The notes under the pieces are model-generated. The model saw nothing but the letters and a program-made list of their open reading frames with translations, was not told where the DNA came from and searched no databases. The position numbers were made by a program, and so were the translations under genes. From an uncultured archaeon (GTDB taxonomy: Archaea > Asgardarchaeota > Lokiarchaeia > Sigyniarchaeales > SOKP01): a DNA stretch of 64,000 bases. The stretch spans positions 1 through 64,000 of the forward strand of contig CAZDTP010000012.1 in the NCBI GenBank assembly GCA_964508365.1, read 5' to 3'. Shown here in pieces: positions 48,701 through 59,319 of the stretch. The stretch's first letter is position 1, and every line of letters begins with the position of its first letter.

Positions 48701-49480
48701 TTGATTGAAATAAGCTTTAAATACATCGGATTTATTTTTCATATTATGAACGAGTTTAGAGACAATTTTGGGGATGGATTCCAACAGAAGTCTAAATACA
48801 TTAGGAATAAGTTACCTCGACACGCTTTAGATTGGTCAAGAAAGCCAAAGACATTTAAAACTTATCCTGATGCTGTTAAAAAGATCAATCTACCTGACCC
48901 GAAATTTGACGAAACAATCCAATTCTGGAGCGTAATTAAAAATAGACATTCGACTAGAAAATTCACCGAAGAACCTTTAACTTTGATGGAAATTAGCCTA
49001 CTATTATTTGGAATGTCTGGTTTAAATAGAATTTTTCCACAATTTTCGTTTAGAACAGTACCCTCAGCTGGAGGTTTGTATCCAATTGAAATTTATCCAG
49101 TTGTCAATAGCGTAACGAATTTACAAGAAGGATTGTATCACTACGATATTCAGAACCATTCAATAGAGCTATTAAAAGAAGGAGATTTTCGAAGAAAAGT
49201 AGCAGAAGGGTGTCTTGATCAAAACATAGCATACAACTCCGCTGTAAACTTCATTTGGACAGCTATGATTGAGCGATCTCAATGGAAATATCTTCAAAGA
49301 TGTTACAGATACATTTATTTAGATGCGGGGCATATTGGTCAAAACTTTTACCTAGTAGCAGAAGCTCTCAATCTGGGCGCATGTACGATAGGAGCTATAT
49401 ATGACGATGAGTTAAATCAATTTCTCGAAATCGATGGAATAAATGAAACTACTATATATGTTGGAGTCGTAGGTAAATAG
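48701..49480 (+). CDS. SagB/ThcOx-family nitroreductase-like protein
   Basis: RHSTRKF, RTVPSAGGLYPIEIY, YLDAGHIGQN..L.AEALNLG.C.IG. The start is probably the ATG at 48746. Confidence 0.92.
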   Translation: MIEISFKYIGFIFHIMNEFRDNFGDGFQQKSKYIRNKLPRHALDWSRKPKTFKTYPDAVKKINLPDPKFDETIQFWSVIKNRHSTRKFTEEPLTLMEISLLLFGMSGLNRIFPQFSFRTVPSAGGLYPIEIYPVVNSVTNLQEGLYHYDIQNHSIELLKEGDFRRKVAEGCLDQNIAYNSAVNFIWTAMIERSQWKYLQRCYRYIYLDAGHIGQNFYLVAEALNLGACTIGAIYDDELNQFLEIDGINETTIYVGVVGK

Positions 49481-49525
49481 AATAAATTAATTAAAAATAA
49501 AAAAAAGGATTAAGTTAAGGTTATT

Positions 49526-49732
49526 TTACTTTCTAAGCTTATTTCGTTTACTTAGAACTAAAGTTAATACGCCTGTAATTATAAGCATTGTTGAAATTAG
49601 AGATATTAATTCATAACCGCGTATCCCTACCAAAGAAGGCTTGGGCTCAGGAGGGCTAGGAGGTATCTCGACTGTGATTTCGATACAATTTGATAAAGCT
49701 TTTCCGTAACATCCATCTCCTAAGAAGCTCAT
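49526..49732 (-). pseudogene. Orphan C-terminal fragment of a surface protein (Pro linker, GIRGY, TM, basic tail)
   Basis: IEITVEIPPSPPEPKPSLVGIRGYELISLISTMLIITGVLTLVLSKRNKLRK, with no signal peptide or ectodomain. Confidence 0.55.
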
Positions 49733-49817
49733 CGAAATAGAATTGTATTATTAATATTTAACATGATATAAATAGAATGATGACTTCATTAGATTATATA
49801 TTGGAGGGTATAAAGTT

Positions 49818-51191
49818 ATGAATGAAACTAGCAAGTTTTCAAAGATAACAGAGAGATTAAGCAAATTATTTCATAAAATATTTGAACCAAGTCATATTTT
49901 TTATACAATTACATTTTTTATTGTAGTTATAATGATTTCTTTACTTAGTTTTATCGCAAATCCAATTATTGGAAATGTGTTACTATTTATTGCATCAACT
50001 TTCTCATTAGCATTTATATTTTTAATGATTTTTGGAGTAGTTCCAAAAATGAAATCATTTTTATTTTCACCTGATAAAAAATTTGATCGAAAGAAGATTT
50101 TAAGTTTAATAATCGCATTTGGAATTAGCGTAGTTATCATGGCAATATACTTTATTTTTACTTCTCTTCCTGGATTCCCGATTCAATTCTTAAGATGGGA
50201 TTACATTCTTCCATATTTTGTTGTTGTTATATATTTTGGTTGGAATGTAATTCAAATATTTTTTATTAGAACAGGATTTGAACAATATTCTATAAAAGCT
50301 GACGGTTGGATATTGAAAGATAAAGAAGATTTTAAGCAGAATCTCTTCTTAAGCTCGATATTTCTAATTTTAGCCTTAGCAGTACCTGTTTTAATCCAAT
50401 TAGGCACATATTTTGGATTTATTGATTATTTTCAGGCTGATCCGGGTAATTTTTTAGATCCATTGTTATGGTTTAATGGTTGGAATATTGTTATGTTTGT
50501 AGTTATTGCTGTTACATCTTGGCGTTTAATTACTATATTCATTAAAAGCAAAAGAAATGAAACTCCAAATGTATTTTCATCAATATTTTACATTTTAATT
50601 TGGATTATAATTTGGTATAGATCCTTTAGTTTTATAAATTCGTTTAGAAGCGTGACTCAAGCTGTTGGAATTGATATTTTCAGAATATTAATGGATGTTC
50701 TTTTAATGATCTTTACTGCGATAATGGTTTTAAGAGGATTAGGAGCAAAAGTTACTAGGCTAAGAATTTTAAATGAAGACAATTTAGCTTTTTTACTTTT
50801 TGCTTTTACCATTTTATATATTGAAGGCCAAATTGTTATGATAACTGGAGCTGGTGCATTAACAGGATCTTTTACTGATAGAAAACAGATAAGTATGCTA
50901 AATAACTTTTTGATTTTAATAGTGACTATAAGCTTTTACTGGTGGTATTCAGAATATACATTAGAAAGAAAAGGTCTAATTCTTAGGAAAGCCTTTAAAC
51001 CAGAGGAAGTTATCGTTGTTGTTAGAGATTTTAAACAATACTTAATTAATAGTGGTGCTTTAGGCTCAGATAAAATAAGTGAAATGGAATTCCAGAACTT
51101 TCTCAGAAAAGAAAAGTTAAACATTGAAGAAAAAAAGGTATCTGAAAATAATACACTCGACAATCTAACTAAAAATAAGACTGATATTTAG
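49818..51191 (+). CDS. Multi-pass membrane protein of unknown function
   Basis: 457 aa with about 10 TM segments. Confidence 0.8.
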   Translation: MNETSKFSKITERLSKLFHKIFEPSHIFYTITFFIVVIMISLLSFIANPIIGNVLLFIASTFSLAFIFLMIFGVVPKMKSFLFSPDKKFDRKKILSLIIAFGISVVIMAIYFIFTSLPGFPIQFLRWDYILPYFVVVIYFGWNVIQIFFIRTGFEQYSIKADGWILKDKEDFKQNLFLSSIFLILALAVPVLIQLGTYFGFIDYFQADPGNFLDPLLWFNGWNIVMFVVIAVTSWRLITIFIKSKRNETPNVFSSIFYILIWIIIWYRSFSFINSFRSVTQAVGIDIFRILMDVLLMIFTAIMVLRGLGAKVTRLRILNEDNLAFLLFAFTILYIEGQIVMITGAGALTGSFTDRKQISMLNNFLILIVTISFYWWYSEYTLERKGLILRKAFKPEEVIVVVRDFKQYLINSGALGSDKISEMEFQNFLRKEKLNIEEKKVSENNTLDNLTKNKTDI

Positions 51192-51201
51192 TTTTATTTA
51201 A

Positions 51202-52431
51202 TTATTTAGTATTTTCGTAATTTTTAAGAATTGCATCAATACATTCGTTTGAATATATTATCTCGTTGAAAATTTTAATTAATAATTTTATAATCGCTCT
51301 TGGATTACCTTCAGCTCTTTCAAATATATTCTTTAAAATACGCTTATTTAAGGGGTAATAAGGATTTTGGAACGCATTGGCAAATTCGCTAGTATTAATG
51401 CTTTCATAGAACTTACTCATTGTACTACTATATAACTCGTAAACATCTTCTTCTTTGAATTCCAAAAGATAAAACGGTTCCATTATAAATGATAACAGTT
51501 CGGGGATTTTTTCACTATATTTTTTCCTAATATCTACTAGAGATTCCTTCGATTTCAAGGTGAAAATAATACGCAAACCCTTAATATTTTGAAGTTGAAC
51601 TATTTTATCAAATAGTTTATCAGCAGCAATATCATTTGGAGTCACTTCGGTTCCATATAACCAGCTAGGATCGAAAATCTCTTCAGCTCGTTCAGATTGA
51701 GGGCTTGTAATTGAAATTATCTTTTCAAAATCGTCTATAAATAGAATTGTTCCCGATTTAGAGTTTTCAATAAGAAGTTTTAGCATTAAATAGGCGTTTT
51801 TCCCTTTGCGAAGATCGTGAATGAGATTTAATGTTGATAATTCCTTCGCATCCATTATTTCGCCGAGTAACCATCTCTCTGCCTCGATTTTCCTATAAGG
51901 GTCTAATTGATGGATTGTAATTCCATTTATCACATCTTTTAACGTTTCAGGTTCTACTTCTTTATATTTATTTGATAGCTGTTCGAAGGCGTATTTTTGC
52001 ACTTTTTCGATATCCACAACATGAAAGAATCCAAATTTTCGTTCTAATGCACCCCATTTGTCACACAATTGATTTACGATAAATTTCAAGGGTTCCATTT
52101 CAAGATTTTCTATAAATTCGGAATAAATATTAGAAAAAAGTTTTTTATAGACATATTCAAGCGAAATATAAATACTATTATAATAATAAAGATTATTTCT
52201 TAAAGCCCAAAATAGGTGTGTTTTTCCAGACCCTACACCTCCAATGATAGGCAGAACGAAGTTAGTCTCATTTTCTACTAGTTCTTTAATTTTTTGAATT
52301 AAATTTATTCTCGAATTAACTAAATCGATATCCTCCTTAATCTCACCAGTACTAACAAATTTTTTAAAAGGGTTATTCCCCCATTTGATTATGTTGAGTA
52401 ATAATTCTTTTCTGTTTTCGTATAGTATCAT
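51202..52431 (-). CDS. AAA+/P-loop ATPase
   Basis: Walker A GGVGSGKT, Walker B ILFIDDFE, lid motif GNPRAII. Confidence 0.82.
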   Translation of the reverse strand: MILYENRKELLLNIIKWGNNPFKKFVSTGEIKEDIDLVNSRINLIQKIKELVENETNFVLPIIGGVGSGKTHLFWALRNNLYYYNSIYISLEYVYKKLFSNIYSEFIENLEMEPLKFIVNQLCDKWGALERKFGFFHVVDIEKVQKYAFEQLSNKYKEVEPETLKDVINGITIHQLDPYRKIEAERWLLGEIMDAKELSTLNLIHDLRKGKNAYLMLKLLIENSKSGTILFIDDFEKIISITSPQSERAEEIFDPSWLYGTEVTPNDIAADKLFDKIVQLQNIKGLRIIFTLKSKESLVDIRKKYSEKIPELLSFIMEPFYLLEFKEEDVYELYSSTMSKFYESINTSEFANAFQNPYYPLNKRILKNIFERAEGNPRAIIKLLIKIFNEIIYSNECIDAILKNYENTK

Positions 52432-52445
52432 GTTTACAAAAAAAC

Positions 52446-53093
52446 TTATAGCTTTAATTCTTCAATCCCGAGTATTATAATATATTTCACATCAGTTAAC
52501 GATTTTTTAACATTTATATACGGCTCAAAAGAAACGAGAAGATCTCCATTCTCATCGCGTCCTACGATCAAACAATCGTAAAATACCGGATCAATTCTCT
52601 CATCAATTACTACTCTATCAGCTATGATGACTCCATTTCCTACTAATGACACCGGATTCCTGAGCATTTCTTCTCTAAAAAATTCTAGATGATTGATTCC
52701 ATATTCTTCATCGTTTAAATACAGGGCGGCAGTGTTTAACTTGTTTAAAGTGTAAGGAAAAGCGTCAGAGAACTGACCTTCATCGTAAACTTGCATTATA
52801 TCTTCTGATATTAGAATTGAATATTCAATCGACTCAAAATCCTCGTACCACTGCGCCTCTATCTTTCTAGAAAATGCTAACTTTTTATTATAAATTAATT
52901 CGAATCCTACTCTAAGGCCATTAGTAATGAAAATACCCTCTGAAGCAGTTATTTTTAAGTTGTCTGAGAAAATAATAGAATCGTTCTCATCCTTGCATCG
53001 AGTAATTATCGATCCTTGGAACTCTCCTTCTAAATTTATGCCTTTTGTAGAATCGAATATAATAATGTTATCGCTATTATTCATAATTAGCAT
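52446..53093 (-). CDS. Hypothetical protein
   Basis: 215-aa acidic ORF, 14 bp upstream of the ATPase. Confidence 0.7.
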   Translation of the reverse strand: MLIMNNSDNIIIFDSTKGINLEGEFQGSIITRCKDENDSIIFSDNLKITASEGIFITNGLRVGFELIYNKKLAFSRKIEAQWYEDFESIEYSILISEDIMQVYDEGQFSDAFPYTLNKLNTAALYLNDEEYGINHLEFFREEMLRNPVSLVGNGVIIADRVVIDERIDPVFYDCLIVGRDENGDLLVSFEPYINVKKSLTDVKYIIILGIEELKL

Positions 53094-53170
53094 TGAATCA
53101 AGTTTGCTTTCCCTTAATACTAAAGATAGGATTGTATATATAAGTATAAGTATAATACTATATAATTAGT

Positions 53171-54415
53171 ATGGGTTCAATTAGTCTATCCAATAAAATA
53201 TGTGAACTGTCAAAGGAAGATTTACTTCAGAGAGCAAAAAAATATATCTTTTCTTCGGGATTGAATGATGGCGCTTCGAAATTGTGCAAAGCAAATATGA
53301 AATATGGCTTAGCTCAATTCCATCTTATTCAAGAGAAATATGGTTTTGAACCTAAAGCAACCTTTATTTCATCCCCTGATGAAACGATTTCAAGAAATAA
53401 TTTCCGTTGGAATTCTGGATTAGGATATGGTGGAAGATTAAATTGGGGAAATGGGGATGATAAATTAATATTTCTAAACATTAAGCCTAATTGTTGTGGA
53501 TTACTAGTCGGAGGATTAGAAGAGTTACCTGATCCTTACGATATCATAAAAAAAATTGACAATGTAAAGAGTACCGAATTATATTACGATAACATTCAAC
53601 TCAATTGGGATTATGACATTTCTAATCATTTTATTAATTGTTTTAAAATGAAAAACCTATCTGATACCAACTTTCCTCCTTATATGTTCATGATTCATGG
53701 ATCCGCCCCGGAATTTCGCGACGATAAGCATGGAATTGGTTTGTACATTGATATTTCGAAGACATTAAAAGAACTTGCTATTGAAGAACAAACGATGTTT
53801 GGAAAGCAATATATTTTATTAGACTCTGATGCGAGAGAATATCTTGAATTTAATAAAAAAGCACTTCTTTTTTCGAATAAGAAGAGAGAAATGATAGCTC
53901 GCAATATTTTTAATCCTGATTACAAAATAATATGTAATACTCCACACCAATTCTTAAAAGATTTTAATAATATGTATTTAGGGAGTAATTGCACTGATAT
54001 TAATACTAATACTCATCAAACTAATATTTTCCCTACTGCCCTTCGAGCTGATTTAGCTTGTTATCTCTTTCGAGGTAAAAAAAGTTTTTCAAGAACGGCA
54101 CTTGTAAACAACAACTTCTTTGCAAGAGCCGAAGATTTAGAGCTTCTAAACTTACTGAGCAATGCGGATATACTGCCCCACGGTGGAGGTTATATGCTAC
54201 CTGATATAAAGAGAGTTCAGAAAGTTTTGGAATACAAATATCAAAGATATTTTGCATGCGAACTAGTAAAAGACCAAAAAAAATTAAAAATTGTGAGAAA
54301 TGTAAAGGAGTTACAATTCGAATACAGAGGACGAGATGTTATACTCAAATCGATTCAGTTAGAACTTGGCGAAGTTATAGCCCGATTAAATCCAATTTTT
54401 TCTTTGAAGTTATAA
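53171..54415 (+). CDS. Divergent RtcB-like (RNA ligase fold) protein
   Basis: Motifs in RtcB order: SPD, PNCCG, SNHF, IHGS, PHQ, PHGGG. Confidence 0.65.
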   Translation: MGSISLSNKICELSKEDLLQRAKKYIFSSGLNDGASKLCKANMKYGLAQFHLIQEKYGFEPKATFISSPDETISRNNFRWNSGLGYGGRLNWGNGDDKLIFLNIKPNCCGLLVGGLEELPDPYDIIKKIDNVKSTELYYDNIQLNWDYDISNHFINCFKMKNLSDTNFPPYMFMIHGSAPEFRDDKHGIGLYIDISKTLKELAIEEQTMFGKQYILLDSDAREYLEFNKKALLFSNKKREMIARNIFNPDYKIICNTPHQFLKDFNNMYLGSNCTDINTNTHQTNIFPTALRADLACYLFRGKKSFSRTALVNNNFFARAEDLELLNLLSNADILPHGGGYMLPDIKRVQKVLEYKYQRYFACELVKDQKKLKIVRNVKELQFEYRGRDVILKSIQLELGEVIARLNPIFSLKL

Positions 54416-54416
54416 A

Positions 54417-56468
54417 TTATTCTACTTTTGCGCCTGAGGGGATTTCTTTATCAGGTGTTAATACAGATACGATATCTCCATCAACAGCAGCAAGAAGCAT
54501 ACCTTCGCTTAGAATCCCTTTAAGTTTTCTCGGTTCCAAGTTTGCAAGTATTGCGATTTTTTTACCTTTTAGTTCGTCTGCTTTATATTGTTCAGCTAAA
54601 CCCGCAACTAATGTCCTCTTTTCGCCTCCTAAAGCAATAGATAGTTTATATAATTTGTCAGCTTTCGGAACCTTTTCTACATTCTCAATGAGTGCTACTC
54701 GTATATCGAGCTTCTTAAATTCTTCGTAGGAAACCAATTCTTTACCACCTTTTTTAGGTTTTTCTTCTTTTAAGTTTTTATATTCTTTTTTAATTTCCTC
54801 AATCTCTAATTTTTGAAAAAGAGGTTGAGGTTTCTTGATTTTCTGTCCTGCTTTTAATGCGTTACTATTGATACTATCCCATGACAATTCGCTTAATTTT
54901 GGAGCATTTAAAGAAGAGAGAATCTTTTCAGAAGTATTTGGTATAAATGGACCTAATAGAATAGCTAACGCATACACTGCTTGAGCACATATATTAAATA
55001 CATGTCCGGCAGCTTTTTTATCTTCTTTGATCAAATGCCAAGGGGCTCTTTCATTCAAAAATATATTCCCCTCTTTTCCAAAATTGACGATATCTCTTAT
55101 TGCTTTTCTTATTTTAAAGTTTAGTAAACTTTCTCCCACCTGTAAGCTTATTGTATTTATTTTCTCTATAAACTTTCTATCGGGTTCAATAGATTCTACT
55201 TTCTCGGGAATAATATTATTAAATTGCTTTTCAATAAATGTTAACGTACGATGGATGAAATTACCAATATTATCATTAAGAGTTTTTATATTATTTTCAA
55301 ATTCGGACCATAAAAACGATGTATCACTAGTTTCTGGGCGATTAAATAACAAATTAAATCTCCAATAATCAAGAGGAGCTAATTTTAGCGCCTCATCAAT
55401 CCATATCCCAATTCCTCTAGATTTAGAAAGTTTCTCATTCTCATACAATAACCATTCTGTTGAGGAGACATTATATGGTAACACAAGTTTTTCACTATCT
55501 CCTTTATCTTCGTTATATGCAATTAACAAACCTGGAAAAACTATTAAGTGAAATATAATGTTATCCTTCCCGATAAAAAACACTGTTTTCGTATTAGGAT
55601 CTTTCCAAAAGGAATTAAATCTACCAGGTTCTTTGATTATTTTATCTGCCCATTCTTTCACTGCGGTGATATATCCCAATACAGCTTCAAACCATACATA
55701 AATCGTCTTATGTTCAGCACCTTTGAAAGGTGCAGGAATCCCCCATTCAAGATCTCGTGTAATTGCTCGTTCTGGTAATCCCTCTTCAATACTATTTAAG
55801 CACATTTTTCGTGCATTAGGGGGGATTATTTCATTTTCATCAATCAATTTTTTCAATCGGTCTTGTAATTTAGGTAAATTCAAGTACCAGTGTTTTGTTT
55901 TCTTATTTACAGGCGTGTTTCCACATATTGCACATCTTGGTTTTATCAATTCTAATGGTGTGAGGATTTTTTGGCACTTATCACACTGATCTCCTCTGGC
56001 GCCATCATCTTTGCAGTTAGGACAAGTACCTTCTACAAATCTATCAGGCAAGAACAAGTTATCATTTTCACAATAGAGAGATTCAATTTCTTTTTCTTTT
56101 ACATATCCATTTTTTTGAATATCCAAATACATCTTTTTTACATATTCAATATGAGTAGGATTATGAGTTATTGTATAATTATCAAAAGAGATCTGCCATT
56201 TCTCGTGTAATTCTTTAATAATATTATGATATTTCAAAGCTAATTCTTTGGCAGGAACTTTAGATCTTTTTGCTTCCACAGAAATGGGCGTTCCATGAGA
56301 ATCCGATCCTGAAACAAAAACCACATCTTCACCCTTCATTCTCAAAAATCTTGCAAACACATCCGCTGATAGTGTACTTCCAATTAAATTGCCCAAATGT
56401 GGTGTAGCATTTACATAAGGCCATGCTGAAGTAATTACCCATTTATCTTTTTTAGTGTTGGACATCAT
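54417..56468 (-). CDS. metG: Methionyl-tRNA synthetase with C-terminal tRNA-binding domain
   Basis: PYVNATPHLGN, GSDSHG, two CxxC knuckles, YVWFEA, GKDNIIFH, KLSKS, C-terminal Trbp111-like domain. Confidence 0.97.
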   Translation of the reverse strand: MMSNTKKDKWVITSAWPYVNATPHLGNLIGSTLSADVFARFLRMKGEDVVFVSGSDSHGTPISVEAKRSKVPAKELALKYHNIIKELHEKWQISFDNYTITHNPTHIEYVKKMYLDIQKNGYVKEKEIESLYCENDNLFLPDRFVEGTCPNCKDDGARGDQCDKCQKILTPLELIKPRCAICGNTPVNKKTKHWYLNLPKLQDRLKKLIDENEIIPPNARKMCLNSIEEGLPERAITRDLEWGIPAPFKGAEHKTIYVWFEAVLGYITAVKEWADKIIKEPGRFNSFWKDPNTKTVFFIGKDNIIFHLIVFPGLLIAYNEDKGDSEKLVLPYNVSSTEWLLYENEKLSKSRGIGIWIDEALKLAPLDYWRFNLLFNRPETSDTSFLWSEFENNIKTLNDNIGNFIHRTLTFIEKQFNNIIPEKVESIEPDRKFIEKINTISLQVGESLLNFKIRKAIRDIVNFGKEGNIFLNERAPWHLIKEDKKAAGHVFNICAQAVYALAILLGPFIPNTSEKILSSLNAPKLSELSWDSINSNALKAGQKIKKPQPLFQKLEIEEIKKEYKNLKEEKPKKGGKELVSYEEFKKLDIRVALIENVEKVPKADKLYKLSIALGGEKRTLVAGLAEQYKADELKGKKIAILANLEPRKLKGILSEGMLLAAVDGDIVSVLTPDKEIPSGAKVE

Positions 56469-56594
56469 AGAACTCCAAATTGGATTATACCAGTTTATTC
56501 TTAACTAACAATTACATTGATACTACTTTTAATGATTGTATAAGTAATTTACTTTCTTATTTCAACTTTATGAGAGAAATCTGATTACTAACAC

Positions 56595-57770
56595 TTATAT
56601 GATTTGCGCTCCACAAGCTCTACAAGCTTTAATTTCAGAATGCATTTTCTTTAAACAAGGTTCGTGGTAATACGCTCCACATTTTTGGCATTGAAATACC
56701 TGATAATCACCTAAAAAAATACTGTGGCAATAAGTACAAGATGAATTGATATCTTCAATATCATTTTCTGGAATTGAAGCCATTTTAGTAGTGTTAATAC
56801 CACTTTCATCGATTAATTTGATTTTTGGTTCTTCCTCAGTTTTCTCTTCTATTAACTTTGCTGCTGCCGATGGAAGTTCTAACAAAAAAAAACAAAATGG
56901 ACATCTGAACACATTTTCTTTATATTCAGTTTTCTTTGCCCACATAGCCACACACGATAGGTGCATTGGTCGTTCACATGAAGGACAATATCGTCCTTCA
57001 CTAAAAAAATCAGAACTCGTTATTGGTGCTTTTACGGAGTGACAGATTTGACATTTTTCTTGACCTCTCTCTCTACTGCTCATCATGAGCCTTATATCCA
57101 AAACGCTAGGTCTTCTCAGTTGTAGTGCTATTTCACTTATTAATGGCGCCAAGTCGCTTTTTTTGTCTGGAGAAAAATAATCTGTTGAAGTCTTAAGTTC
57201 TTTTTTTGATGCAAACGACATTCCAGCATTTAATAATGCTTTTGAATTGTTAAAGAATCCAAATTGCCCTCCAGTCAGTCTTACAATTTTCTTTAAGATG
57301 CTTTGAGAATAATCTTGGGTTTTCCCCAATTGACAAGCATCAATATAAATTCCCAAACCTTTAGCAACATCCATTGTCTTTTGGATTTTTTCTTTATATT
57401 CCAATTTATTGTCTGATATAATAAAAATTCTACTGGTTTTACCTCCTAATTTTCGCATTTCACCAACTAGAAATTGAATTGCAAAAGCTAATCCTTCATC
57501 AAGCAGACCATTACCAGAAACTTGGATTTTTTCTAAAGATTTAACCAATTGTTCTTCATCATTACTAAATGAAAAAAGTTTCTTGATCGTAGCACCAAAA
57601 GATAGAATTGCTATTCTATCCTTCGGGTCTAGTATAAATTTCTCGTGAATAAAGTTTTTTGCTGTTTCCAGTGCAGTTAATAGACGACTAGGTTTAAAAT
57701 CTTTCCTAACCATAGATCTCGAAGAATCTATAAGAACTACGCAATCTTCTATTTTTATTAAATCTTGCAT
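56595..57770 (-). CDS. vWA domain with two C-terminal zinc fingers; Ssl1/p44 (TFIIH)-like or Rpn10-like
   Basis: IDSSRSMVRKDFKPSRL...FIHEKFILDP; CQICH...CPSC...HLSC...CPFC and CTYC...CQKC...HEPC...CRAC. Confidence 0.75.
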   Translation of the reverse strand: MQDLIKIEDCVVLIDSSRSMVRKDFKPSRLLTALETAKNFIHEKFILDPKDRIAILSFGATIKKLFSFSNDEEQLVKSLEKIQVSGNGLLDEGLAFAIQFLVGEMRKLGGKTSRIFIISDNKLEYKEKIQKTMDVAKGLGIYIDACQLGKTQDYSQSILKKIVRLTGGQFGFFNNSKALLNAGMSFASKKELKTSTDYFSPDKKSDLAPLISEIALQLRRPSVLDIRLMMSSRERGQEKCQICHSVKAPITSSDFFSEGRYCPSCERPMHLSCVAMWAKKTEYKENVFRCPFCFFLLELPSAAAKLIEEKTEEEPKIKLIDESGINTTKMASIPENDIEDINSSCTYCHSIFLGDYQVFQCQKCGAYYHEPCLKKMHSEIKACRACGAQII

Positions 57771-57807
57771 TATTAGAAAATTTGTTGATATTTTTATTTC
57801 AATTAAA

Positions 57808-59166
57808 TCATTTCTTACTTAGAAAATTGTATGCAAAAATCGCATAAACCTTTATCGCTCTAATGAAATCTAAAATTTCTATATTTTCATCAATTGCATG
57901 AGCGGTTCTTCCTTTTCCAGGTCCGAATAAGATGGTTTGTGGACAGTATCCGTCGTTGCGTATAAAATGCGCATCAGCAGAAGCGGGTAGAAGAAAAAAT
58001 AATGGTTTTTTTTCGTAGATCTTTTCAACAAGCTCATAAAAATTATTTAATTCCTCTGATTCTTCCCAATTTTCCCAATAAGAGCCTTCAGAAGCCGTTA
58101 TTATTTCAATCTCAACAAAAACTTTTTCCGAAGGACTAGTTGAAATATCCTTCACTAAATATCCTATATCATTAGTAATTAGTTTCTTTAAAGCTTCTAT
58201 AATGGGTTCGACTTGTTGTCCCGGTAAAAGTCTAACATCAAGAATAGCCTCACAAGAGTCGGGAATTACATTCTCTTTAATTCCCCCCTTTATCATGGTA
58301 AGCGCTTTTGAATAACTAACAAGAGATTGGAGCAAGCTTTCTAGTTCAGGTTGTTCGTTAAAAATCCTGTTAAAAATATCTTCAGTTGGAAAGGCAACGG
58401 CTAATAATTTTTTTAGTTTTTCTAATTTAATCGGTGGTTCACTTTTAGGGATATATCCATCGATTTTTTCAAGGTTTTCAATGATCTCACTCATCATATA
58501 AATTGCGTTTTTACTCATTGCTGGCATTGAAGAATGACCTGAAATCCCATTTGTTCTTATTTTTATGATAAGATGCCCCTTTTCCCCTACGAGAATTGCT
58601 TTAGGTAGTGGACTTAGACCTGTTGATTCACCTATCACTGCAAAATCAAACTTTATAGGCTTTAATGGATTCTCAACGCACCAACCTGTTCCAAACATCC
58701 CACCTGTTTCTTCATCTGCGACAGCATTCAAAATTAAATTTCCAGTAAAATCTAACTCTAACTCTTTTAAAACTTTTAAAGCAATAGCCATAGCTGCTAA
58801 CCCGCTCTTCATATCAGAACTTCCTCTACCATATATAATTTTATTACGCTTAACTAGCGCCGAGAAGGGGGGATATTTCCAATCTGTTTCGGATCCTGGA
58901 GGAACGACATCCATGTGCCCGTTGTATAACAGATTTTTTACTTCAAAATTTTCGTTTAAATAAGCTATTAGATTTGCACGATTATTTCCAAAGGGAAAAA
59001 TTTCAGTTTTAATGTTTACATCTTTTAAGAAATCTTCAATAATCAATGCTACATTTTTTTCATTACCAGGTGGGTTGACAGAATCGCTTTGAATAAGTTT
59101 CCTTAAAAATTCAACATAAATCTCTTTATTTTGCTCAATTTTGGATATAATTGATTCTATACTCAT
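57808..59166 (-). CDS. M20 family metallopeptidase (ArgE/DapE-like)
   Basis: NGHMDVVP, GRGSSDMKSG, ADEETGG, GHSS, ADAHF, AHAIDE. Confidence 0.93.
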   Translation of the reverse strand: MSIESIISKIEQNKEIYVEFLRKLIQSDSVNPPGNEKNVALIIEDFLKDVNIKTEIFPFGNNRANLIAYLNENFEVKNLLYNGHMDVVPPGSETDWKYPPFSALVKRNKIIYGRGSSDMKSGLAAMAIALKVLKELELDFTGNLILNAVADEETGGMFGTGWCVENPLKPIKFDFAVIGESTGLSPLPKAILVGEKGHLIIKIRTNGISGHSSMPAMSKNAIYMMSEIIENLEKIDGYIPKSEPPIKLEKLKKLLAVAFPTEDIFNRIFNEQPELESLLQSLVSYSKALTMIKGGIKENVIPDSCEAILDVRLLPGQQVEPIIEALKKLITNDIGYLVKDISTSPSEKVFVEIEIITASEGSYWENWEESEELNNFYELVEKIYEKKPLFFLLPASADAHFIRNDGYCPQTILFGPGKGRTAHAIDENIEILDFIRAIKVYAIFAYNFLSKK

Positions 59167-59319
59167 TTAATCTTTCGACCTTATATATATTTTAATTCTC
59201 TAATCATACTTATTATCTTAATATCCCACCATTAAGTAATCTATCGAATAAATTTAATATAAATTAGCAAATTTTAATATTCTTAGATTATTTAATAACT
59301 AAAATATTGACAATTACGG

